The translations under genes were made by a program, and so were the position numbers. From Callorhinchus milii (Eukaryota): a stretch of 64,000 nt of DNA. Position 1 is the first letter of the stretch; every line of letters begins with the position of its first letter. This document shows positions 22,921-34,984 of this stretch, one piece after another. The stretch spans positions 1,736,001 to 1,800,000 of the forward strand of contig NW_024704769.1 in NCBI RefSeq assembly GCF_018977255.1, read 5' to 3'. The notes under the pieces were generated by a model. That model was given only the letters and a program-made list of their open reading frames with translations, was not told the origin of the DNA and did not search any database.

Positions 22921-25874
22921 TCTCCCTCTCTGTGTGTGTGGGTGTGTGTGTGTCTCTCTCACACTCACTCTCTCTCGCGCTCTCTTACTGATGGGTGGGG
23001 AAATCAATCGCCTCTCATAGCCCCTGGGGGATATGAGGTCAATTTTTTTAAAAAATGAATCGATTTCCGCCCCCCACACCCCACCCCCTAAAAAAAATCA
23101 CACTGGAAGAAGGATGTTTGCTCTCTACGCACAGCGATGACCTCTGAGCTGCTGAAGTGTCTCTCTAACCACCCGAAGCGTACCGTGTCCCCGTAATTAA
23201 TAGTTCCCTTCATTCTGGCTCGAACACAAACCCCCCCCCCCCCCGACCCCAACTCTATTTTACACGATAACCGAGAGCCCCGACACTTGTCAATCAATGC
23301 TTCGATCTTAAAACGCTCCTAACCTTAACGCGTCGGCTATTTACTATTGATCGTCCGGGAATTAATAATGATAGCCCTTGCGTTCCACGCAGCGCCCCTG
23401 TCGCGTCGTCGAGACGCCTCAAAGCGCTTCACGGAATATGCCGTAAAGCGTGGTGACCGCGTATTTTTGCGGGCGAAATGCGGCAGCCGATTGCGCGCGG
23501 CAGCGTCCCCACAAACAGTCGTGGGTTGAGCGACCAAATTGTTATTTTATTCGGAGGGGTTATTAGCCCCTGGAAAAGTGATCCGCAAATCGACTGACTA
23601 CCAAATGGGCTCCAAGTGGACTGTTAGGTAAACAGAGCTGTGTGTGTGTGTGTGTGTGTGTGGAGTAAGGAAACTTGCCTAAGGTTTTGCTCCGCTCGGG
23701 AATCGAACCCGGGTCCTTTCGCTTGTGAGGCGAGCGCTCTAACCACTGCCGTTGTGACTCCCATTCTGTCAGGACAGTCGAGAAGTTATGGAGCATATTT
23801 CTATCTTGATTAAAAAGAAGTCCGCGCAGCTTTCTCGAGCCCCCGAACCTATTCAGAGGGTGAACTTCCGTTTCGCCCACAAAATACCCGGTCAGTGCGT
23901 CCCGTGAAGCGCTTTGAGACGTCTCGAAGACCTGATGAGGCGCTGCGTCAAGTGCGAGGATTATTCTGATTATCGTAGGGCCGGGGAAACGGCGAATTGC
24001 CTGTTCGTTAATTGAAAGGGTTTTGATACCAGATAGTGTTTCACCTGAGCCTTTGAGAGTCGACCAAAGCGAGTTGGCGTGCAGCAATTAAAGACTCGGG
24101 TTACAGGAAGCCGGGAGACTGTTATTTTTACCTGAGTGGCTTTGCGTTGGCTTTTGAGGAACATGAAAGACACAAAGAGAACAGTCGCTTTGGAGCAATT
24201 TTTTTTTATTGTGTCTTCAGTGTGAAGCAGCCAGGCAATTAATAAGCCGCACGACCAAAAGATTGAGGATTTCCAACCTCCGGGGAACTTTTAATCTTTG
24301 ATTTATTGTGACAAGTTGTTTCTGAGGATCAAAGCCCCCGGTCCGTAGGTCCGTAAAGCTGATCTGCCTTCACAAGGCGAACTTTCTATTAATCTTTTAA
24401 TCGATTCATAAATCAGCCTTAGAAATGCAAAACACTGTAGACCTTCGCTGTATTGCTCTGTGACCACATCCTCTTTGCCCTCCTGTCTCCCGACACATAA
24501 TAATTATAATTATAATGACAGCAGCAATAATCCTTGCATTTGATGCAGCGCTTTATCGCATCGTCGAGACGTCTCCAACCTCTGCACAGGGTGCGCTGTA
24601 AAGCGTAGTGACCGGGTATTTTGTTGGCCAAACGCGGCAGCCAATCGCGCCCGGCAGCGTCCCCCACAAACTGCCGTGGGTCGGGTGACAATTTTTACAT
24701 TTTTTCATTTTTAATTTTAATTTTAATTTCATTTTAAGAGAGGGATTGTTCCCCCCCCCCTACCCACCCCCGGAAAAGACGTCCGACAATCCACACACTG
24801 TGCAAGGGACTCATGGGCAGGAGCGGTGTGTGAAACTTTGCCAACGCAGCGATGATTCTAGTGAGTTCCCGTCCGCTGCGCCCCCAAACTCTGCCATTCT
24901 ATCCCTCTATCCCTCCGCCTCACCCCCTTCCTTCCCCATCTCCAGGTCTGAAGACCTTCCTATTCCTGCAGCGACCTCCTCCGCCACTGTCAATCGCTCT
25001 GGGACCCCCTACCCCTGCGTGAGGGGCGAACGCAACTCGTTGTTGTTGTTTCTCAGTCACTCTCTGGAAATCCACGCTCGAGCAAACCTGCTCCGGGTCA
25101 CAGAGATGGCGTGCGCCACAGGTAAAAAGTTGGCGAGGGAGGCTTTGGTGGCTGATCACGGAGACTCCGAGAGGCAGGGCTTGGCTGGAGCTCCCTCTCA
25201 TGGTGGATTACGGACACAGTATTTGTCAGAGGTTCTCTCCAACCTTCTCCTGTCGACCTCAGAGGACAATCTCTCCTCCTGGTGCAACAACGACAAAATT
25301 ACATTTAAATAGAGCGCCTTTCACGTCGGGAGGACGTCCCAAGGCGCTGGACAGTCAGGGGGTCAGGACCCGAGCATGGGGGAGGGGTGCGGTAGGGGTG
25401 AGGGCAGGCAGAGAAGGTGGGAGGGCGACCGAAGGCACGATCGAAGAGGAGGGTCTTGAGACCGGCCTTGAAGGAGGCGAGGGAGCGAGGCGAGGGGAGC
25501 GCGGGATGGAGTTCCAGAGCCCAACATCATAAGAATAAGAGTAATAATCCTGGCATTTGACACAGCGCCTCATCACGTCTTCCAGGCGTCTCAAAGCGCT
25601 TCACAGGATACACTGTAAAGTGTAGTGACTGTATATTTTGTGGGCGAACATCTTGCGTTTCTACACAACCTGTCGCAAAGGGTAAAATCTCGGCACATTG
25701 TATCTCGGTACGCCTTGGGACGTCTTTCAGACTTGTGTATTACAAGTGTAATTTTGTTTGTTGTTGTGTACATATATATATATAGGAACATAGGAACAGG
25801 AGGAGGCCATTCAGCCCCTCGAGCCTGTTCTGCCATTCTGTAAGATTATGGCTGATCTGTACCTCAACTCCAAT

Positions 25875-25912
<38 letters not shown>

Positions 25913-26525
25913 TATATTTACACACAGCGCCTTATACACGTCGTTGAGACGTCTCAAAGCGCTTCACAAAATATACTGTAAAGTGTAGTGACTGTGTACT
26001 TTGCGGGCGAAACGCGGCAGCCAATTGCGCACAGCGGCGTCCCCCGCAGACAGCCGTGGGTTGAGTGTCCAAATTCTTCTTAAGGGATTATTAACCGGGT
26101 TCCTGCTGACTGCCGGGTAAACAGAGGCGCGTGGAGTACCAAGGGATACGCCACAGTTTTCGCCCCACAAAATAAACAGTCACTACGCTTTACGCCGCAT
26201 CCCGCGAAGCGCTTTGAGACGTCTCGAAGACGTGATCAGACGCCGGGTCAAATCCCGGGATTATTATTATGATTTATTATTATTTATTTATTATTATTAT
26301 ATTTATTATTATTATATTTATTATCTTATTGTTAATAATATTATTATATCATTTAGTGTTATTATTATTATTATTATTATTATATGCACAGATCAGCCCT
26401 GATCTGATTAGAGTGGCAGAACAGGCTCGGGGGGGCTGAATGGCCTCCTCCTGCTCCTCGCAGCCCCAATAATGCAAATGACCGGGCTACTTTGGGGGGG
26501 GGGGGGGGGGTGGGGGGGGGGGGGC

Positions 26526-26715
26526 TGGGCGGGTTTGTAGCCCCGATCGGGCGGGTTTGGGCGGGTTTGGACGCCCACAGGTGGCCGGCGGCGGGTTTCC
26601 AGCCCGATCGGGCGAGTTTGTAGCCCAATCGGGGCGGGTTTATAGCCCCGATCGGGGCGGGGTTCGTAGCCCGATCGGGCGGGTTTGTAGCCCAATCGGG
26701 CGGGTTTGTAGCCCA
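26526..26715 (+). repeat. About 23-bp GC-box tandem repeat upstream of the VDAC3 first exon
   Basis: About 7-8 degenerate units of GGGCGGGTTTGTAGCCC(C)(G/A)ATC. Confidence 0.8.
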
Positions 26716-26732
26716 CGCCCCCTGGCGGGGCG

Positions 26733-26816
26733 GCGCAGGCGCAGTGCTGTCTCCTTCAGCCTTGTCCTCCCGGAGCCGCGGATCGACGTCTCAGCAGCTT
26801 CACGGCGGACAATAAG
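26733..26816 (+). promoter_or_regulatory. VDAC3: VDAC3 CpG-island promoter and probable non-coding first exon
   Basis: NRF1-like GCGCAGGCGCA at 26733-26743, GC boxes upstream, donor AAG|gtaccg at 26817. Confidence 0.5.
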
Positions 26817-27004
26817 GTACCGGGAGGGGGGGGCGGGGAACCGAGAGGGGGGGCGGCACCGGGGGGGAGGGGGCGGCACCGGGGGGAGGGGGGGAGGCTC
26901 TGACTCAGGCTGTGGTGCCCGGGGAGCGAGGCTCTGGCTCCGGCCTCGCCTGTCACTGGGCCTCGCTGCTCAGGCCTCGGCCCAGGCCACAGGCCCCGAC
27001 CCCC

Positions 27005-27736
27005 CCGACCCCCCCACACACTGACCCCCCCACACACTGACCCCCACACACACTGACCCCCACACACTGACCCCCCCACACACTGACCCCCCCACACACT
27101 GACCCCCACACACACTGACCCCCACACACACTGACCCCCACACACACTGACCCCCCACACACACTGACCCCCCCACACGCTGACCCCCCCCACACGCTGA
27201 CCCCCCCACACACTGACCCCCCCCACACACTGACCCCCCCACACACTAACCCCCCCCCCCACACACTGACCCCCCCACACACACTGACCCCCCACACACA
27301 CTGACCCCCCCACACACTGACCCCCCCCACACACACTGACCCCCCCACACACTGTACCCCCCCACACACGACCCCTCCACACACTGACCCCCCACCACCC
27401 ACACACACAGAGCCCCCCACCCCCCCCCACACACAGCCCCCCCCACCACCACCCACCACACACACAGACCCCCCACCCCCCCCCACACACACAGCCCCCC
27501 ACCACCCACACACACAGACCCCCCCCCCCCCACACACAGCCCCCCACCACCCACACACACAGACCCCCCACCCCCCCCCCACACACAGACCCCCCACCAC
27601 CCACACACACAGACCCCCACACACACAGACCCCCCCCACAGAACCTCTCCACACGCACAGCCCCACACACAGTACCCCCCCCCCACACACACACACCCTC
27701 CAACCCCCCATAACCCCCCTCCCCCCCCCCACACAC
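27005..27736. repeat. C-rich minisatellite (CCCCCACACACACTGA-like)
   Basis: Tandem 15-19 bp units degrading into CCCCA/CACAG variants. Confidence 0.9.
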
Positions 27737-29530
27737 ACAGCAGGTCAGGGCCCCACAGAGAGAGAAGACAGTGAAAATTCCCCCAAATAACCCCCGACTC
27801 TTCCCCCTGAAATATATCCCCCAAAATTACTCCAAAAATATCACCTAAAACCCACCCTATCTCTTTCCCCTTTATGTCCCTAAAATATCCCCCCCCCCCA
27901 AAAAAAAAAGTCTCTCCCCCTGAACCATACACCCTAAAATAATCCCAACAATACTGCCCCCCAAACAAGTACGCCGTCTCTCTCCTGAGTTACAACCCCC
28001 CCCTCAAAAACAACCCTAAAATTCTACTCTCAAGATACCCCCTAAAATATCCCCCATCTTTCACATCCGTAAAAATACGCCCAAACACCCAGGACTCTTA
28101 CCCTGAACTGTACCCCCCCCCCTAAAATATGCCCCCAAATACCCCGGTCTCTCTCCCCCCCCCCCCCCCGATGCCCCTGTCCCTTCCCCCTAAACTATAC
28201 CCCCTTAAAATACTCTTTGTCTCTTTCTCTGCCCGAAATGCCTCCTTTCTCTGCTTGAACTATACCCCCCCAACGCGCTCGTCTTTCCGCCCCCCCAAAA
28301 AAAAGCCCCCCCTCGCCTTGTCTTTTTTCCCCCCGATATCCCCGTTTCCTCTCCCCAATGCCCCTCAATCCTCCCCTCACCAAAGACCCGTGTATCCACC
28401 GACTATTCATCGATCCCCACTCCCCCCTTACCCCTCCCCCCCCATTTCGGGAACTGTCAACCAGGAGAGAGAGAACCCTATTTATAAAAAGGGGGGGAAT
28501 GAGTATTCACCCTATTGGGGGAGGGGGTGGGGGGGTATTCTGGGCTGCAGCGTTCAGCTCATTTCGGAGCCTTTCTGAAATCATCCTCCTCTTCGACCGT
28601 ATCTTCGGTCAACCTCCTACCCCTTCCCGCCCCCCCCCCCCGCCCCCACGCTCTCCAGATCCCAACTGCCACCCCCCCCCCACCCCACGTCCCCCCACCC
28701 CCCAGCCCTTCCCAGCTCCGGTCCAAATCCCTGACTGTCCATCCAGTGCCTTGGGACCTCCTCCCGACGTGTAAATATAATTTATTGTCGCGCTGCGAGC
28801 GGAGAGCTGCGGCTACGCTTTTCCTTCTAATCCTCTCTGTAAACGAAAGGAAAGTCCCCTCTGCCGCTCGGCCTCTCCCGAGCCCGGAGTGCCAGCCATG
28901 TGCGTGCAACAGCTTTCACTTTCCCTTTCAAAAACACATTCGTCAGCAGTCAAAGCTTTTGCCCCTGAGCCTGAGAATTGGATGAAGAGCCCAGGTTCCA
29001 TCTGCCGGGCGGGCGGGGGGAGGGGGGGGGAGAGGTGCGGGGGCGGTGGGGGGGGAGCAGTGATAAGCTGCTGATCGCTGGAGAGCTTTACCAGCTTAAA
29101 CCAGCCGGTCAGTGGTTTCTGGACCCTAAAGTGGACTGACTGATAGACCGACTCTTAACATTCCTTTGGTTATCGCAAAGTCTGCACACGGCAGCCATGA
29201 CAGTTTGTGTGTGGGGGGGGAGACGCTGCCGGGGGCGTTTGGCCGCCCTGTTTTGCCCACAAAATATACAGTCAATTCGCTTTACGATGCACACTTTGCA
29301 AATCTCCCTCCCAATCCCTGCGCCTCACCCCCTCCTTTCCCTCTGGTGGATCACGACTGAAGACCTGCCTCTTCGACCGCGTTTAGGGTCACCTCCTCTC
29401 TCCCCCCTTCACCCCGGCTTCGGAGTCACTGTTCAGGGCTCCGAGACGCTGCCTCCCTGAAGGGGCGCTGGGGTGTTAGTTACCCCTGTTTAGTGGGGTA
29501 AATTACCTTTTCTTTTTCCCCAAAGGCAGG

Positions 29531-29597
29531 ATGTCTGTCCCACCAGCGTACCCGGACCTCGGAAAGTCTGCCAGAGACCTCTTCAACAAAGGATATG
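29531..29597 (+). CDS. VDAC3: Voltage-dependent anion channel, first coding exon only
   Basis: [23 protein letters not shown]|gtgagt, 67 coding nt, preceded by a pyrimidine tract and AG. The VDAC N-terminus is clear; the paralog call rests on POLB-DKK4 synteny. Confidence 0.85.
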
Positions 29598-31099
29598 GTG
29601 AGTAATAAAGGAAGCGAGAGAGGACTCGGGTTTGATTCCCGGGCGGGTCAGGTCAGGGTGAAACGTTGGGCAAATTTTCTCGTCGTCACGTCGTCCTCCC
29701 GACGTGAAAAGCGCTATATCAAATGCAAGGATTATTATTATTATTACAGTATATCCTGTGAAGCGCTTTGAGACGCAATAAGGCGCTGGATCAAATGCAA
29801 GGGTTAATATTGGGAGCCTGTTTAGTGGGGTTAGACCCCGAGGGAGGGGAGGGGGAGGTGGCCATAGGCACAGTCGAGGAGGTAGGTTTCTAGATGGAGT
29901 TTAGAGATGGATCCAACGCAATGCAAAATGACATGTACACCGCGCCTTTCACATCGGGAGGAGGTCCCAAGGCACTGGGCGGTCAGGGATTTGGCTGTCG
30001 GGGATAGGCGAGGCGGAGGGGATAGAGCCAGGGAGTCCTTGAGTTCCGGAGCACAGTTACTGGGCCAATTTGCATTACAAAATTCGAGGGAGGGAGGGAT
30101 CTCGCAGTCTCACGTGCTTCCCCAGTGTGGATTGGAATGAGGGGGGAGTCGGTGATGAAAGCTGGAGCTCCATAAACCCGAACTTTGTCCTGTCACGTGC
30201 TGGTCAGTGAGCAAATTCCATGAGTCCAACCGTGTTGCTGGGTGTTTGTAATAAAGTTATCCTGTAACTGTTGGGGGAGAGGCACCTACTTGGGTGATGG
30301 TGTCATTTCGCTGCCTCGGACAATATGGAGTCCTCCGCAGCTCAGGGGTTAGAAGCCCTCGCCTCGCAAGCGAGAGGACCTGGGTTCGATTCCCAGGCGG
30401 GTCAGGTCAGGGCGAAACACACCCACACGCACACCCACACGCACACGCACACGTGCCTCTGTATACCCGAGCAGTCAGTAGGAACCCGGTTGTTAGTCGT
30501 TTGGCAGATCGCTTTCTGGGGTCGATAATCCCCCTTATAAATAAATAACTGGATCACTCACTCCACCACTGTGCGCTATTGTCTGCCATGTTTCGCCCAC
30601 AAAATACAGTCACTACACGTTACAGTATATCCCATGAAGCGCTTTGACGTGTCTCAGCGACGGGGCGATTATCAAACATAGGGTTAATTTTTCTATCTGT
30701 TAGCCGGGTGGTCCCGAAATCCTATCTCTTCGACTCCCCCCCCCACCCCCTACCCCCCACCCCTCGCCCCCCCTCACCCTGCCAGCTCGGGGCTGACCCC
30801 CACCCTCTGAAACTCCACACTGCAGCCCCTTCCCTCACCTCCTTCAAGGTCCGTCTCGAGACCTTCTTCTTTGACCACGCCTTGGGTCAATCTCCCCCTC
30901 CCCCCTCCGCCCCATTTTCTTTCCTGCCACCCACCCCCCCCTCGGAACCCCTGCCCCCAGCTCGGGTGAGAGTGCTCACAGGGAGGGAGGGAGGGAGGGA
31001 GAGAGGGCGCTGTGTTAAACATAAATTCGTTGCGATGAGGGAAGCGGAATTCCCGTCGCTGTGTAAAGCGCACCCTGTGTTTAGGAAAAATCTTCCTCT

Positions 31100-31480
31100 C
31101 TTCCTCCCTCACACCCCCTCTCTCTCCCCCTCTCTGTAGGCCTCTCCCCCTCTCTGTCCCCTCTCTCTCCCCTCTCCCCCTCCCTCTCTCTTCCCTCTCT
31201 CCCCCTCACCCCCTCTCTGTCCCCCCCTCTCTCTCTCCCCCTCTCTCCCTCCCCTCTCCCCCCTCTCTCTCCCCTCTCTCGCCCCACACCCCTCTCTCCC
31301 CCCTCTCTCTCCCCCCTCTCCCCCCTCTCTCTCCCCTCTCTCGCCCCCACACCCCCCCTCTCCCCCTCTCTCTCCCCCTCTCTGTCCCCCTCTCTCTCTC
31401 CCCCCTCTCCCCCTCTCTCTCCCCTCTCTCGCCCCCACACCCCCCCCTCCCCCCTCTCTCCCCCCTCTCCCCCCTCTCTA
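31100..31480. repeat. Polypyrimidine (CT/CCCT) low-complexity tract
   Basis: Nearly pure C/T over about 380 bp. Confidence 0.9.
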
Positions 31481-31734
31481 GGCCTCCCCCCCCCCCCCGG
31501 CCCCCACAGCACTGACCGGTCCAGGCCCTGGTTCCCGGCGCCGCCCGACATCCTCCTCGGCCTCACGGGCCTCAGCCTCGGCGTCGCGTTGGGTCTCAGT
31601 GCCGCCGCCGCTGCTCCTGGTCCCGGAGCGACTCCCGCGGCCTCTCCCCCGGTCACCGCCACCGCCACCGCACCGCCTGAGGGGGAGAGAGGGGGGGAGG
31701 GGGGGGGGGGGAGGGCCTCAGCACCGCCCAGAGA

Positions 31735-34482
31735 CTCCCTCACCCACACAGACACACAGGGTCACACACACCGAGACACAGAGAGACTCACCCACACAGA
31801 CACACAGGGTCACACACACCGAGACACAGAGAGAGAGAGACTCAGACACACAGGGTCACACACACCGAGACACAGAGGGTCACACACACCGAGACACAGA
31901 GGGTCACACACACCGAGACACAGAGAGAGAGACTCACCCACACAGACACACAGGGTCACACACCGAGNNNNNNNNNNNNNNNNNNNNNNNNNCTGCACGT
32001 CATGAGTGGCCGGGCCTTTGGCAGCGTCTGCCGTGAGCCTGGGGTTTGGGCTGATGTGCTCAGCCGCTCGTCTGCTCTCAGCCTCTCATTAGCGCGACCT
32101 TCACTCCCTGACCTTGGAGCGCGTCTGCACAGCAGAGCAGAGCAGAGCGGAGCAGAGCAGAGCAGAGCTTGCTCACGCTTCCCCAACCCCGTCAGCAATC
32201 AGTCAGAGGTCACTGCTGGCATGCCGTGACTGTGCGATGAGCCCTCTTCCCCCCCCCCCCCCCACCCCGCACCCCCCGCCCCCGCCCCCGCGAATTTCAC
32301 AATGCATAAATAATAATGCGGTCGCACAACCCACGGCTGTTTGTGTGGAACGCTGCCGTGCGCAGTTGGCTGCTGCGTTTCGCCCGCACACACACACAGA
32401 GACTCACCCACACAGACACACAGGGTCACACACACCGAGACACACACAGAGAGAGAGACTCACCCACACAGACACACAGGGTCACACACACCGAGACACA
32501 CAGAGAGAGCGACTCACCCACACAGACACACAGGGTCACACACACCGAGACACAGAGAGAGAGACTCACCCACACAGACACACAGGGTCACACACACCGA
32601 GACACACAGAGAGAGAGAGACTCACCCACACAGACACACAGGGTCACACACACCGAGACACAGAGAGAGAGAGAGAGAGAGACTCACCCACACAGACACA
32701 CAGGGTCACACACACCGAGACACAGAGAGAGAGAGAGAGACTCACCCACACAGACACACAGGGTCACACACACCGAGACACAGAGAGAGACTCACCCACA
32801 CAGACACACAGGGTCACACACACCGAGACACAGAGAGAGACTCACCCACACAGACACACAGGGTCACACACACCGAGACACAGAGAGAGAGAGACTCACC
32901 CACACAGACACACAGGGTCACACACACCGAGACACAGAGAGAGAGAGAGACTCACCCACACAGACACACAGGGTCACACACACCGAGACACAGAGAGAGA
33001 GACTCACCCACACAGACACACAGGGTCACACACACCGAGACACACACAGAGAGAGAGACTCACCCACACAGACACACAGGGTCACACACACCGAGACACA
33101 CACAGAGAGAGAGACTCACCCACACAGACACACAGGGTCACACACACCGAGACACACAGAGAGAGCGACTCACCCACACAGACACACAGGGTCACACACA
33201 CCGAGACACAGAGAGAGAGACTCACCCACACAGACACACAGGGTCACACACACCGAGACACAGAGAGAGAGACACAGACACACAAGGTCACACACACCGA
33301 GACACACACAGAGAGAGAGACTCACCCACACAGACACACAGGGTCACACACACCGAGACACACAGAGAGAGCGACTCACCCACACAGACACACAGGGTCA
33401 CACACACCGAGACACAGAGAGAGAGACTCACCCACACAGACACACAGGGTCACACACACCGAGACACAGAGAGACTCAGACACACAGGGTCACACGCACT
33501 GAGACACAGGGAGAGAGAGACACAGAGGGTCACACACACCGAGACGCAGAGAGACTCACTCACACAGACACACAGGGTCACACACAGAGAGACTCAGACA
33601 CACAGGGCCACACACACCGAGACACAGAGAGAGAGACTCACCCACACAGACACACAGGGTCACACACACCGAGACACAGAGAGACTCAGACACACAGGGC
33701 CACACACACCGAGACACAGAGAGACTCACCCACACAGACACACAGGGTCACACACACTGAGACACAGAGAGAGAGAGAGACAGGGTCACACACACAGACA
33801 CAGAGAGAGAGAGAGACAGCGTCACACACACTGAGACACAGAGAGAGATACACACACACGTAGTGAGAGACACATATGGTCACACACACTGAGAGAGAGA
33901 GAGACACACACACAGTGAGAGACACATAGGGTCACACACACTGAGACAGAAAGATAGAGAGACACACAGTGAGAGACAGAGAGACACACAGGGTCACACA
34001 CACTGAGACAGAGAGGCACACAGTGAGAGACAGAGAGAGAGGGACACACTGAAACACACACAGTGAGAGACAACAATGAGACAGAGAGACACACAGGGTC
34101 ACACAAACTGAGACAGAGACACACAGGGTCACACACACACTGAGACAGAGAGAGACATATACACACACACTGAGACAGACTGAGAGAGACACACAGGGTC
34201 ACACACACTGAGCGACTGAGAGGAGGCACACACTGAGACAGAGAGACACACACTGAGAGACACAGACACTGAGACAGAGAGACACACACACTGAGACAGA
34301 GAGACACACACGCACTGAGAGACACAGACACTGAGACAGAGAGACACACACACTGAGAGACACAGACACTGAGACACACAGACAGACACACACACACTGA
34401 GAGACACAGACACTGAGACAGAGAGACACACACACTGAGAGACACAGACACTGAGACGCACAGACAGACACACACACACTGA
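31735..34482. repeat. Compound CA/GA minisatellite (GACTCACCCACACAGACACACAGGGTCACACACACCGAGACACA(GA)n), split by a gap and a ~400-bp island
   Basis: 50-60 bp units at 31735-31967 and 32395-33800, degrading into (GA/CA) mixtures up to the 200-N gap. Confidence 0.92.
31968..31992. other. Assembly gap (25 N)
   Basis: Run of N. Confidence 1.
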
Positions 34483-34682
34483 NNNNNNNNNNNNNNNNNN
34501 NNNNNNNNNNNNNNNNNNNNNNNNNNNNNNNNNNNNNNNNNNNNNNNNNNNNNNNNNNNNNNNNNNNNNNNNNNNNNNNNNNNNNNNNNNNNNNNNNNNN
34601 NNNNNNNNNNNNNNNNNNNNNNNNNNNNNNNNNNNNNNNNNNNNNNNNNNNNNNNNNNNNNNNNNNNNNNNNNNNNNNNNNN
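34483..34682. other. Assembly gap (200 N)
   Basis: Run of N. Confidence 1.
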
Positions 34683-34984
34683 AGCGCCTCGAGACGTCTC
34701 AAAGCGCTTCACGGCGTACACTGGGAAGTGGAGTGACTGTGTATTTTGTGGGTGAAACTCGGTGATCGGTTCGCGCATAGCGCGCGTGTGAGGGGTGGGG
34801 GGCGCGGGGAGTGTGTATATGTGTCCCGAGTGTGTAATGGCACACGACTGTTTGTGTGCAATTGGCCGCCGACAAAATACACAGTCACTACACTCGGAAT
34901 GCACGGATTATTATTATGCGTGTGGGGTTGGGGTTAATTTGTTCTGTCCCTTTAAGAGTTGGGGGGAGGGACAGAAATTAAAGA

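Noticed and set aside
26756-27968. Gly/Val/Cys-rich ORFs of 240-326 aa
   Set aside because: They are translations of the C-rich minisatellite.
32114-34904. Long ORFs of 360-515 aa (HTDTQG/THTETQ, CVCLS repeats)
   Set aside because: These are stop-free translations of CA/GA minisatellites.
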